Below are positions 1-14,000 of a stretch of 64,000 bases of DNA, in pieces (position 1 is the first letter of the stretch; each line of letters begins with the position of its first letter). Origin of the DNA: Bugula neritina. Its lineage: Eukaryota; Animalia; Bryozoa. The DNA lies in the NCBI GenBank assembly GCA_964035545.1, contig OZ037770.1, forward strand, positions 9,244,973 through 9,308,972. The letters run 5' to 3'. Made by a program: the position numbers and the translations under genes. Under the pieces are notes generated by a model. It was not told where the DNA came from and searched no databases. It worked only from the letters and a program-made list of their open reading frames with translations.

Positions 1-50
1 ATTATATTACAAATGAAATGTTTTGTTGATGGATTATATTTTTGTTGTAG

Positions 51-2036
51 ATATTTTAACTGAGTATGTATTACAAGGGACCCAAGTTGAACCATTCATG
101 GAGAAAATAGAAGACTGGAAACTGACCAAGTGAGTGGTATTACTTGATGAAATATGTATTGTTGTGGGGAGAAAACTTTTATTACAGTGGTTTTGTTTAT
201 AGTATAATGAATATGGATTTTAATGCAATGTTTTAAATTTTGTTTAAATAGCATTTATATTATAAAAATGTTACTCAAATTGTTTCTAAATTTATAGTAA
301 TAGCTGGTAATCATCTTAAACAACAGTTTTGTGTCTCAGATTGATTTGTACAACTCAAAGTTTACAAAGCTCAGCAATACTCTTTAGATGGGCTAGTAGC
401 AAATTCCAGATGAACTATTCTGTGTTATTATGCTTTACTATTTCATATTTTGTTTACCATATTTAGAGTATCATTTCTTCTTTATACAGCTTTGCAATTT
501 CTCTTCTGTCTCAAATAACAGACACAATTTATCTGGTTTACTGTGTGTTTATTGCAGAGGTCTGCTGTGTGTTTATTGCAGAGGTCTACTGTGTGTTTAT
601 TGCAGAGGTCTACTGTGTGTTTATTGCAGAGGTCTACTGTGTGTTTATTGCAGAGGTCTACTGTGTGTTTATTGCAGAGGTCTACTGTGCGACCGCATAG
701 AGGGGCTCTCCTGGAACGCCCTGAATGCTATTAAGATAATGTGTGACGCCTCTTGCGGGGAGATATCTGAGTCGGTTGGGAGGCTACGCGTTCTCGATAG
801 CTCTATGAAACACAGGCTTTCCTATATTGAGAAACTCTCTGCAGCTAAAGCATCAGTGAAGGTATGTCAAATTTGTCTGACTCTAAAGGAGTTGTCTGTC
901 TCTTTACCTCTCTAACCGGTGCAGCTTCACATACAGTACACCCTCCATATCTCACTAAGTTATACAGTGCTCCCTCCATATCTCACTGAGCTATACAGAG
1001 CTCCCTCCATATCTCACTAAGCTATACAGTGCTCCCTCCATATCTCACTGTGCTGAGGGTCTTGAAACCTCAATTCGTGACATAGTAGAATACCAAATTT
1101 AACTCATAGACCCGTTAAGTTTGGCTATTTTGTTCCTATACACACATATTTAAGCCACGGAAGGGGGTACAAGCCCTTTCCGTGACCTCTAGAGTTTCAT
1201 GTGAAATAGAACCTTGAGATACGGAGGGAACCCTGTATTTCAGTGACTATGTTTTGCCATCCTTACGTTTTATTATTTAGACTATGGCTCATTGCTGAAA
1301 CTTTTCTAGCAGTACATTTTGGTATTCACCATTGTTCTAGACAGTAAGCAGAATTCAATAAAAAAAAACTCACGCAAGTTTATAGTCACCAACCTGTGAG
1401 AAAACTCCTGATGGAAAAGGGTTTTTGTTAAAGCAGGCTAAGGGCTCATTCAGATAGGGCACAGGAGCAATTATGAATGGATGCTCTTCCTAACATCACC
1501 AATGGCCCTTGGTTTGGGTTTGAACTCATGACTTCGTGTTTACTAGGCAAACAATCTAACCCCTAGACTACGACTGCTCCTTACAGTAGAACTCAATAAC
1601 ATCATTTTATTAATTATTTATTATGAAACCATGTTTCTCCGTTGTATGTATATTTTGTTTTGCCCAGCTTCGTATAATCATAGTAGTAAGTTGTACTAGA
1701 TACCTGTTAGTTACTTCCTTTAATGATTTCACCAGGCTTGCATTTCTTGTCATCTTTTTATTAAGTATTTGCCTAAAACTAAGCCGCAATTATAGCCAGC
1801 AGGTAAAGTAACGCAAAGGTTTCTAGTTGTTATCTTTTACCTGCCTATTATTTCACATCTCCCGTCCTTCCCTCGCACCACCAGCTACTCTCTCATCATA
1901 CACCAGCTTTGCATGTAGTACATAGTCTGCCTGCGTCTTGTAGAGAAGTGACAATGAGATGTTTATTCTGGATATGCTGACTGTACTGTATAAAGGAGAG
2001 ATAGCCATACTGCAACACGCCAAACAGTATCTGTGA
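51..2036 (+). CDS. SETD4: 3' exons of a SETD4-like SET-domain lysine methyltransferase (C-terminal Rubisco-LSMT substrate-binding region); 5' part lies outside the window
   Basis: Phase-consistent exons 51-129, 678-861 (or in-frame upstream acceptors from 558) and 1944-2036 (TGA). Translation ILTEYVLQGTQVEPFMEKIEDWKLTKGLLCDRIEGLSWNALNAIKIMC...LTVLYKGEIAILQHAKQYL* resembles the remembered SETD4 pattern (DGPSWRLLTALKLLC...EELKIL). Confidence 0.55.
538..689 (+). repeat. 24-bp tandem repeat (6 copies) containing the splice acceptor
   Basis: Unit ctgtgtgtttattgcagaggtcta; AG ends at 557, 581, 605, 629, 653 and 677. Confidence 0.95.
930..1051. repeat. 31-bp intronic minisatellite, about 4 copies
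   Basis: Unit close to atacagtgctccctccatatctcactaagct. Confidence 0.9.
1362..1582 (-). mobile_element. tRNA-derived SINE, copy 1
   Basis: Minus strand has an A-box-like tagtctaggggttag and a B-box gagttcaaacc, then a ggtgatgttaggaagagcatcc core. Homologous copies at ~20205 and ~60264; degenerate flanking direct repeat. Confidence 0.8.
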
Positions 2037-2596
2037 GCTACCTGAACAACCTACCTACCTGTAGGTGCACACTGGCTATTGGCTGTGATAAAGTGTGGAT
2101 CAGCTCCCGTGTAGAGTGCAAGTTTGAGTTAAGGTTTTATCGACTGAAGTTTAATGTTTATTACAGCAGCAGTGTGGTTTAGATTGGGTAGTTGTGGTAG
2201 TAAAGTTCCAAGCTACTCTAATGTCATGAGATGTGACAATCACATGAAATTGAAATTTTTTCGTACTAGTGTAAATAAGGAGTGACAACTCCCAATTTAT
2301 TTCAGAACTGAGATATACAAAGGCATTAAGATATTTATATTTTTAAATAATTATCTTTAGCATAAAAATTTTCAATTTTTGAAATTTTGAATGAATATAT
2401 ATTTGTCTGGTAGGTTACTTTTGATGTACTGTATTAGTTTTGGTAGACTATGTTTTATCTAATTTGCATTTATAGCTCATCTCTTAGAAAATGTGCATTG
2501 AAAGCCTGTCACAGAAATTATATTAAATATAATATATTGTTTTTCATCAATTGTATTATATTCTGGAAAATATAATTTATAGTTCAAAGTTTTCTG

Positions 2597-5500
2597 TTAA
2601 AATATTTGAATATTAATTTTGCTTGTTTTAACATCTTGCTTTGCTGACTTGGATTTCAATTCTTGTTGTTGACAGAACTTGGTGTAGTCTAACGTGATGA
2701 CCCTGTCGTAGGGTTCAACTGTCACCAAGTCTCCGTGCAATTGGAGTCCGTACTTTGTGAGATGCTGGGCAGCTTTTTCCTACAGTTTTATAATTGTATA
2801 AATTTAGTATAAAACTCCTTTGGAGGTTTCACAGTGATAGAGGGTAGTAATGGCTACCTTATTGAAAAAATTTCCAAAAGTTTGGGTGCGTGAAGAACTA
2901 CCTGTTTGTGAGCAGTGGGGTGTACCAGTTTTATTGTAAAGGTTTCATAGAAGTGAGGTGAGACAATAAATATCTTATTGTGAAAGTTTCATTGTTGCTA
3001 ATCATTGTTTTGCTGCCAACTGAAAATTAATTTACATGCACAGGGTTTTTATTGGGCGATATTTGAATTAATTGAGAATTGTCTACTCACGCTGTCTAAC
3101 TTCAAAATCCATCTGTCATCAAGTCCAGCTGTTGATAGAATCACATTGCGGGGTTCAAATGTGATGAGCTCAAGGTTGCCTTCTCCCACAAATCTCAATG
3201 CTTCTAAACAGGCATCCTTAACCTACAGATATACTGAATCTTGTTAAATGTTGAATTGTTAAATCTGTTCAGCATAGTAATAGAATCAAGGAGTATCATA
3301 CAGTTTAGAGTCTAGGTTAGGGATGTCCAACGTTTTTGGAACGAAGACCTCTGAAATGGAATATTTCATGGCTAGGGTCACATAATAACATTTAACTTAT
3401 GTTGGGACCACAGCATCAGTACTTTTCAAAAAACATTATTCCAAATTCCTATGAATCATTACACAGCAAAGTCCCAATAATTACTGCAGACTGCATGTTT
3501 TTAGCATATATACAAATAAGAGATTTAAAAGGTGGTTTTCTCACTTCAACTCATATATATGTGTAAAATAATTTTCTCGGTTATGACTCTGAAGGCCACA
3601 TAAATAAATGTAGGCTGTTGGACAGCCCTGGTCTAGACTATGCGAGTAATAATGGATATGTGCTGTGTGATTTGAGGAATTTATAGACCACAGGTTGTGC
3701 AGCATCTAATAATGTTGCATAACAGTTTGAGTAGAGGCAGTAGTTAATTAAAGAAACAATCTATTTTTATAAGTTATTGTAAGGTGTTGGAAAGCTTTTG
3801 CTCTTATATTGAAGGTTCAATTTAGTCCCAAACATTGCAATACTTAAATTTTACCTGTATTGCATGAGTAAGGCTAGTGACCGGTGTGTATAATATAATG
3901 CTTTCTCTACAGACGCTACTAGTATGCAAGCAAAGGTCTATTCGTAATAAGTGTAATTTCTGTAGTTCTTGCACATGAATATTAATTATTAGAATTGATG
4001 TAAAACTGAGAGTTATCTTCTCATGGAATGTAATGATTGAAGGCACTGCCCAAACATCACCTACTTGATACTCAAACAATTGATCATAAAAGTTGACACC
4101 TGCTACTCACGTGTTTATGTGTCAGCTGTTCATAAAATTTGACACCTGCTACTCACCTGTTTATGTGTCAGCTGTTGAGAGGCTGTCGATTCATGGAACA
4201 CGACAGCACTCGGGTCAGGTACAGGTTTAGAGGTAAAATTTCTAACTTTAGCAAGCGAGACAGCGGCATCTTTTGTGTCTGTGTAAAGCTGAATCTCTTG
4301 GAGGGGTAGTTTGGCATTCTTCCTTCTCACTTTCTTCTTTGAGGTGACAGGTCTTTGACTGTGTATACAAGAAATAAACATGGCCTAAACGTGTTTCTTT
4401 AATTTATGAGGCTAGTTTCAAAGATTATTAATAAATATATAATTATAACTAATACTACATGTCTCTATAGAATATTGTAATATAACATTAAGCAGTGTAC
4501 AAGTATGTAGCTTTGTGTATAATATATAGTCAATACAGTTTATGATAGAAAGTAAAAAGACATGACAAAAAAGCTTTTAGCAATGGTTTATAGTTTTTAT
4601 AGTTTATGGTTAATCAAATACCTGCATAAAAGTACATGTTTTATATAAGTTGGCTCTTTATAATATTTATCAAGTATTTTCCTATATTGAAAGTAAATTT
4701 ATGGAGAGATAACTCTCAAATCCGAGACAATAATCAATAATTATTTATAATTAATAATTGATTAATTGTTTAATTATTAAAACAATAATTATCTTCAGCT
4801 ATAATTAGTATATCTGTAAAGTCAGTTAAGAAACGAAAGTATACCTGATAGATGAATTACGGGAATGTAAATTAAAATATGATAAATCGGAAAGATTCCA
4901 GCATAATTTTACTCACATTAATCTTACACTTGGCTGAGACAACTGACTGCTGATAAGTTCTTTTTTCCGGTGGTTTCCAAAGGAAGGTGTAGAAGATGCT
5001 TGGTGTTGGTGTTTATGTGTTGGCTGAACCCTGTATAACATAACATGCAGCAGTGTACTGTAACAGTGGTAAACTTATATATAGATACTATATGTACTGT
5101 AACAATACTAAACTTATATAGATACTATATGTACTGTAACAATACTAAACATATGTTATATAGATACTATATGTACTGTAACAATACTAAACTTATGTTA
5201 TATAGATACTATATGTGCTGCAACAGTACTAAACTTATGTTATATAGATGCTACATGTACTGCAACAATACTAAACTTATGTTATATATAGATACTATAT
5301 GATGTCACAAGTGTACTGTAACAATATTAATATTATATAGCCTATAATTATAGATAATGCACATGCTGTAACACTATTAAACTTATATTATGTCGATGCT
5401 ATATGTACTGTAACAATACTAAACTCATTATATATACAGATACTAAAAGATATCACATGTGTACTGTAACAATAATAAACCTATATATCAAATAGATGCT

Positions 5501-8251
5501 ACATAATATGAAATCTACTAACTTACTCAATGTACTTACATTCCCACCTTAAACTGCTATAATCACCAACTACACTTACTACCCTCTTATGTTGTCAATA
5601 GCTATGTTATTTACCTTGCCTGGTCTGTAGGTCTGTTCCAAGAGTGGTCATGTGACCATAACCTGCTTTCACTCTGAGTCATATCTAAACTATGGAAGTC
5701 ACTAGTCTGTAGTCTGTTTATGTTATGAGCTGCAATATTATGGTTACAAGGTATAGATGGCTGCCGTTTAATCAGTAATTGAAACTGTGACATAATTGTT
5801 TCTAATTACATTTAGAATAGTACAGTTCCTTACTAGTGCAATTACATTTCACAATAATCACAGCATATATTTTCGTTATATTGATTTATAAATATACAAA
5901 CTTGTATAAAGTTTATTGGCTCAATATTTGGTTTCAAAAGCTGAATAATTGTTTTGTTTGCCTTTGTGGCCGGCCAGTTTCAACAGTTTGATATATAATT
6001 AATAGATATAAGATATTCTTAACAGTTCATGATTAACAAGTTTACAAGTAAAGATGCAGCACTATATTATAACACACATGGTGTTTGACAGTGCGATAAG
6101 TAAGTGTCAGAAAATGGTGTTTGACAGTAAGAAGCATGTGACAGGATATGGTGTTTGACAGTGATGAGCAGGTGTCAGAAATACATACCTAATGGCTGAC
6201 ACTGCTCCAAAGATACTGCATCCTGTCTACTTTCATCTGTAGCTGCATTCTAAAACAATTCACAGCTTTTAATAGGAGCTGGACTGCATGGTGAAACGTG
6301 AGAAGTGTGTTTGTGTGCATATTTTAGTTTGCAAAACAATCTTTATAGGCAGTAAATATCTGCAGCTTGAAAATAAAGATCATGGGACCTATTTGTGATT
6401 TGTTTTGCTCAATAAGCTTTATACTTTAAAATTTTCTGTCATAATAAGATATAATAGCAACACAATAGTATATATAAATGCTAAGTAAAAACTTATATAT
6501 TTTAAGTCTATTCTTTTAAGAGAAAGGGTCGATATGCTATATAACCAGTAGTAATTATGTTTTACCTCAAAGGCATGCGTAGCTTCGTTTCTCTTTAGCC
6601 TAAGTTCTTCTGTCTTGTGCAAATGGAGTTTCTGTGAAGATTTTGTTGAGTGTGGGAAACCATACGGGACTGTAAGAAAGTATTATAATACTTATATATT
6701 TATAGTTGAACAAACTTCTATTTTTGTTTTCTGCACTAGAATTTCATTATAATACAAAAAAGTTACTCTAAGATAAGCTGATGAAATGTGTAGATTTAAA
6801 AAACTAGTGCATCAGAATATATTGCTGAATGAAGCCTACATCTAGAGTAGAACTGCAAGCCACTATAATGTACCTGAACAGCTTTTATGAAGTGGCAAAT
6901 GTGCAGATACAGTGTTGATATCGGGTAGAACTAAAGGTCGTGAACTCTCTCTCCCGACAGCCATGTCTTCACTGGTGACTCCCTTCAACATTGTAGAATG
7001 TTTCAAGTTTTTACTATTTGCAGTATTAAGAGCTTCTCCTACAGCAAGTATGTGTGTGTACAGTAAAAATAAGACTACTGTTTGAGAAATATTATATTCT
7101 GCATATAGACAGCCTTTAAATAATTTAGTGAGGTAAAAGTGTGGAACGGATATTAACATGTTAGAATTATACTCTTTAAAAAGGAAGGAAATGATGATCT
7201 GTAAGTCATATTATTGGTCATTTAAAATAAACAAGTTCATGAAAAGCTTGTCTGTAGCTAATTTCCACCCACCATTCTTAAATAATACGTGACAAACAAT
7301 TTGTTTGCAATCTCTATCAATTTACAAGATTAAATAAAACACCAAGCAATTTTATATGAAGTGAAAGTGCTATAAGATTAGAAACCCAAAAATGTTTTTA
7401 ATTATTATAATACTATATGATAATGATGTGTGTTGTGTGTGTGTGTGTGTGTACTAAAGTGTGTTGTGTGTGTGCGTGTGCGTGTGCATGTGCGTGTGCG
7501 TGTGTGTAGGCGTGCGTGCGTGCGTGCGCGCGTGTGTGTGTGTGTGTGTGCGTGTGTGTGCATGCATGCGTTTGTGTGTGTGTGTGTGTGCATGTGTGCA
7601 TGTGTGTGTGCATGTGTGTGCGTGGGTGTGTGAGAGTGGGTGTTTTGATTTGAAAGACTTCCTGTAATGATATAAAAAGGCAGATAAAGCTTAAAATTTA
7701 CAAATATTATACCTGAAGGAGAATTCTCTCTCCATGTGCTAAGTGAACCATTACTCATCTTCTGTCTATATGACGTGGACTTCTTTATGGTAACTTTTGA
7801 CACCACCTTAGTTGGCCTCTCATTCAACTTCGGCTTTAATTTGATAGATTTGACACTGAGATCGCTGCCTGCGCTGCCGACTACTACCTTTTGCAAGTTA
7901 TTAGAGAGATTTTGCTGCAGCACCCACGAAGCTGTCTTGCTGAGTAGAAAAAGTAACAGAGGTAAATGACATATTCTTAGCACAAGCTAAATATAATAGA
8001 AGTTTAATAAAAAGTACACTTAGTGATTCCAATGAATATTCTTTTAACCAGTTTAGTTTTAACGGAATTATGTATTCAGTATCACTAAGTTTTCTCCAAT
8101 CCCTTTACTTATATAGGATGAAAAATGCTAAATCTTATCATTTAAACATTACAATACATTGTTGTTATCTATCTATATTTGTCATGTCACAGGTGCAATT
8201 TGAAAACCTATATAACCTATATATAACCTATATATATAACCTATATATAGG

Positions 8252-8306
<55 letters not shown>

Positions 8307-11002
8307 GTAGTGTGTTCAGATTGTTAATGATACATATATATTTTATTTAAAAAATCTTACACGACTATATAGTTTCGTGCAGTAAACTGCACTCCTCAGG
8401 TGTTAGACTAAAAATAAATAAAAGCTATGAAGCATACCGATTATTCAAATTTTTACATAAAGAAAATTATCATGCTAAACACAACGTAAAACGAAATGCA
8501 AACATAGTAGTGGATTTGGTGTTATCTATTAATTAATTAAATTGCTCTTTTTCTAAAGGATTAAACTATAAAAGCTAGATGTTTGATGGAAAGGCTAATT
8601 TATAATAGGTAGTACTATGGTTGAGAGTTGTTAGTATTGTTATGTGATGTTGCCCAGGTAGTGCTTACGTGCATGTCTGCATGTGGATAGAATTTCATTT
8701 CTGTTATTAAGGGAAGATTTGCTGGGCTGGTATATTATGAAATATTTTTCCCATAGGCAGAGGTTGCATCTTTTAGTGACTTTGTTGTATGAGTTGGTCT
8801 TTTTCATAATTTTCCATGATATGTCAAAATGGGTGTTCTTGTCTTTTAGTTTCCAGATATATTTGCTCAATTCAGTATGGTTCTTTTTTGTTTTGTTGTT
8901 AAAAGTTGATTTGTGGTTATAAAATCTGGTTTTGAATTCTGTTTCTGATGTTCCCACGTAAGTCTGGGGTTGGCTGCCATCTTTGGTTGTAACTGTAGCT
9001 TGGTATATGATGCACTTTGTGAGGCATTTTCCATCTAGTGGGCACACTGTGCTGTTTCTGCAAGCCTAATTTTATGAATAACCCTAAGTGCAGACTAATA
9101 AACCCAAGCAAAACTGAAATAGGCATCATCAGCAAAAGAATACTAGACAGAATAAATAAGGCCATAACTCCAAAACTAGCTTTGAATATTTGGACAAATA
9201 CTTCCGAGGTAATTAAATGGTTCACAAACTTAGATAACAACAAATGCTTATCTTTTATTGTATTTGACATTGTCGACTTTTATCCATCAATAACTAATAA
9301 TTTACTCCACACTGCAATTGATTTCGCAGCAGAGCATACTACCATAACAGACCCATGCCAGAAAAATGTTGTTATACCATTCCGGCCAACCCTGGAGTAA
9401 AAAATGTAGCTCATTATTTGACATTACAATGGGCAGCTATGACGGTGCAGAATGTTGCACTCTGGTCGGCATATTCTTACTATATAAAATCAACCAAAAG
9501 TTTGGAAATACCTTCGGTCTATACCGTGATGACGGCCTAGGAGTAATCAACGACACTGCAAAAAATATAGATAGAATTAAAAAATCAATCTGCAAAATTT
9601 TCCAAAAACATAATCTAAATATCACCATTGAAGTAAACAAAAAAGTCGTCAACTATCTAGATATAAATTTTGACATTAGCAAAAGAACACACAAACCCCA
9701 TGTAAAACCTAACAGCGAAATCCTATATGTAAACTCCAAATCCAACCATCCACCCCATATCACAAGAAACATCCCACAAGCCATAAACAACAGGCTCTCC
9801 AATCTCTCATCTAACGAAGAAGTCTTCAGTCAAACAACAAAAATACACCAAGAAGCTCTAAGTAAAAGTGGATACACACATAACTTAACATTCCAGCCAA
9901 CACACACCACTAGCAGACCAAAAAGAGAAAGACGACGAAACATCACATGGTATAACCCCCCATTCTCCAAAAGTGTATCAAGCAACCTGGGAAAACAATT
10001 TTTTAAAATTCTGGAGGAAGAAATACCCAAAGACCACAAACTCTACAAAATTTTCAACAAAAACAACATAAAACTCAGTTACAGCTGCTGCAGAAATTTA
10101 AACAACATAATCAACAGCCACAATAAAAGATTACTCAACCCAGCAAACCAACCTCCTCGAGAATGTAACTGCAGAAACAGCACAGTGTGCCCACTAGATG
10201 GAAAATGCCTCACAAAGTGCATCATATACCAAGCTACAGTTACAACCAAAGATGGCAGCCAACCCCAGACTTACGTGGGAACATCAGAAACAGAATTCAA
10301 AACCAGATTTTATAACCACAAATCAACTTTTAACAACAAAACAAAAAAGAACCATACTGAATTGAGCAAATATATCTGGAAACTAAAAGACAAGAACACC
10401 CATTTTGACATATCATGGAAAATTATGAAAAAGACCAACTCATACAACAAAGTCACTAAAAGATGCAACCTCTGCCTATGGGAAAAATATTTCATAATAT
10501 ACCAGCCCAGCAAATCTTCCCTTAATAACAGAAATGAAATTCTATCCACATGCAGACATGCACGTAAGCACTACCTGGGCAACATCACATAACAATACTA
10601 ACAACTCTCAACCATAGTACTACCTATTATAAATTAGCCTTTCCATCAAACATCTAGCTTTTATAGTTTAATCCTTTAGAAAAAGAGCAATTTAATTAAT
10701 TAATAGATAACACCAAATCCACTACTATGTTTGCATTTCGTTTTACGTTGTGTTTAGCATGATAATTTTCTTTATGTAAAAATTTGAATAATCGGTATGC
10801 TTCATAGCTTTTATTTATTTTTAGTCTAACACCTGAGGAGTGCAGTTTACTGCACGAAACTATATAGTCGTGTAAGATTTTTTAAATAAAATATATATGT
10901 ATCATTAACAATCTGAACACACTACATTATATTAGCTCTGTCACCCGTGATATCGAGCACTTTACTTTGCTGGAACTCCAACTAGATTGACAATCAGCAT
11001 AC

Positions 11003-11093
<91 letters not shown>

Positions 11094-14000
11094 TATATCT
11101 TTACGAGCTAGTAATTTGATTATAAATAGGTATACGAGAAACATTGTTATTTATTACTTTATTAGGTAAAGTAATTACACTGATATTTCGGGTACCACTG
11201 TACCCATCTTCAGAGTAGCAATGAATGAAATTCAAAAATTATTATGTTACGTTAGACGTTATGCATGACACAAAGGATAGAGAGTGGCAGTTACTGTAAA
11301 TTATTGAAACTCAGGGAGATAATCTTATTTTATATATTACGCAGGTCAAAAATTATACTGAGTTTTTTGCATAAAAAATAAATTAGAGTTGACAAAAAAA
11401 AAAAAAAAAAAAATAGATATCCAAATATAAAAACAGCAAGAATTAGTGAAACTATGTGAGAGTTGAGTAGTGTGGAGCTATTGATATAGTTTTAGTGGTA
11501 TGGAGTAATTTTGTTTATTGAGTTGCGGTTTTATTTGTTTAATGTAGAGAGCTTCGGCTACTTTTCGATGGTGGATTCCTTTAAATGAATGATTTAAAAC
11601 TGTTATATTGTCTATTGATATGTTTCCATGATTAGTGGTAGAGATGTGTTGATAAATTTTGGAATTGATGTCATTGCAGTGTTCATGTATCCTGTGTGAT
11701 AAGCGACGTCCGGTTTTGCCTACATATGTTTGTTGACAGGTAGCTTCAGGGCAGGTTATTTTGTAGACTAGGTTGTGAATGTGTTCTTTATTGGTTTTAT
11801 CTTTGAGATTAAAATGTGAACTTAAGGGGGTTCCTTTAAATAAAATACGGGCATTGAGTTCATTTGAAAAAGAGTCTGTAATTAATTTATTGAGGGAGCG
11901 GATTAGTTTTTCTCCTGTTACTCCTTTATAAGGCAGCTGAAGTAAAATGTGTTTCTTGTTGTCTTTTTCACTGAGTAGTCCGTCACCAATGTTGTTAATA
12001 GTTTTCTCTATTACATATTTAGGGTAACCATTTTTATGTTCAAAAACATTTCGAATATAGTTTAGTTCTTGGGTCTTAAGTGCTGGAGTAGAACAGATTT
12101 TATTAGCCCTTAATACTAGTGACTTGAGTGTGCTTAGCTTCCACGTTTTTAGTGAGAAAGAGTTCCAATGTAAATATGTATCGTTATGTGTTGGTTTGCG
12201 GAATACTGTGGTTTCCACTGAGCTATTGTGTCGCAAAACTGTAACATCCAGAAAAGAAAGTGATTTATTGGTTTCTAGTTCGTGAGTAAATTTTATGTTA
12301 GAATGAATAAGAAGGATTACATCAACAAATGTTTAGAAATACTAAATACACCAAAATTTTCAATATGTTCCACAGATCCAACAAAAACTACTGAAAATCG
12401 AATACAATTAGAATTGCGTAGTATCAAAAAACATTTTTCTGACACTGAATATAAAAGGATATATCCAACAGGTTCAGCACCTGGAAAATTTTACGGGATG
12501 GCCAAAATACACAAACTCAAACAAGGAGATGGTATAGAGAAGCTACAAATGCGACCAATAATTTCTAACATAGGCACTGCATCATACCAACTTGCGAAAT
12601 ACCTGGCCAAAATGCTAAAACCACTTAGTGAATCTGAAAGTAATATCGAATCAACCGATAGTTTTCTTACATATATACGGCAACTTCATATTCCAGCAAA
12701 CCATCAACTGATATCATTTGATGTTGTTTCCCTCTTTACTTCTGTACCACTTGACTACACGATTTCAGCAATCATAAATGATATTTATGAGAAACAACGA
12801 ATTCAAACAACTATACCAAAGAAGAAAATGATAAACTTACTCAACCTTTGTACAAAACAAGTTCACTTTACTTTCAACGACATCATTTATACACAGACGG
12901 ATGGTGTTGCTATGGGATCTCCTCTAGGACCAATAATTGCAAATATATTCATGACAAAACTAGAACAGAAAGTAATACCAAAGTTGAATTCAATGTCACC
13001 TTGGGTGAGATACATAGATGACACATTTGCAACAATAGACCCTGATTATATTAACACAACACTCAACACACTTAATAATTTTCATCCTAACATAAAATTT
13101 ACTCACGAACTAGAAACCAATAAATCACTTTCTTTTCTGGATGTTACAGTTTTGCGACACAATAGCTCAGTGGAAACCACAGTATTCCGCAAACCAACAC
13201 ATAACGATACATATTTACATTGGAACTCTTTTTCACTAAAAACGTGGAAGCTAAGCACACTCAAGTCACTAGTATTAAGGGCTAATAAAATCTGTTCTAC
13301 TCCAGCACTTAAGACCCAAGAACTAAACTATATTCGAAATGTTTTTGAACATAAAAATGGTTACCCTAAATATGTAATAGAGAAAACTATTAACAACATT
13401 GGTGACGGACTACTCAGTGAAAAAGACAACAAGAAACACATTTTACTTCAGCTGCCTTATAAAGGAGTAACAGGAGAAAAACTAATCCGCTCCCTCAATA
13501 AATTAATTACAGACTCTTTTTCAAATGAACTCAATGCCCGGATTTTATTTAAAGGAACCCCCTTAAGTTCACATTTTAATCTCAAAGATAAAACCAATAA
13601 AGAACACATTCACAACCTAGTCTACAAAATAACCTGCCCTGAAGCTACCTGTCAACAAACATATGTAGGCGAAACCGGACGTCGCCTATCACACAGGATA
13701 CATGAACACTGCCATGACATCAATTCCAAAATTTATCAACACATCTCTACTACTAATCATGGAAACATATCAATAGACAATGTAATAGTTTTAAATCATT
13801 CATTTAAAGGAATCCACCATCGAAAAGTAGCCGAAGCTCTCTACATTAAACAAATAAAACCGCAACTCAATAAACAAAATTACTCCATACCACTAAAACT
13901 ATATCAATAGCTCCACACTACTCAACTCTCACATAGTTTCACTAATTCTTGCTGTTTTTATATTTGGATATCTATTTTTTTTTTTTTTTTTTTTTGTCAA

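Larger units (their letters stand above)
8301..11005 (+). mobile_element. Penelope-like retroelement 1 (Naiad-like), 5'-truncated, with inverted pseudo-LTR
   Basis: 8301-9062 is the reverse complement of 10170-10931 (762 bp, no net indel). RT plus GIY-YIG ORF, 3' tail 10932-11005, flanked by (TA)n. Confidence 0.92.

Noticed and set aside
1500-1582. tRNA-like sequence
   Set aside because: It is the head of a multi-copy SINE with no complete cloverleaf.
7405-7667. His/Thr- and Cys/Val-rich ORFs (also 19060-19377, 35115-35490, 10987-11169, 26679-27132)
   Set aside because: Translations of microsatellites; only 7713-7939 is a supported exon.
9063-10592. Selenocysteine recoding, as reported for some Naiad-type PLEs
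   Set aside because: No in-frame TGA in the retained ORF; the break is a frameshift.
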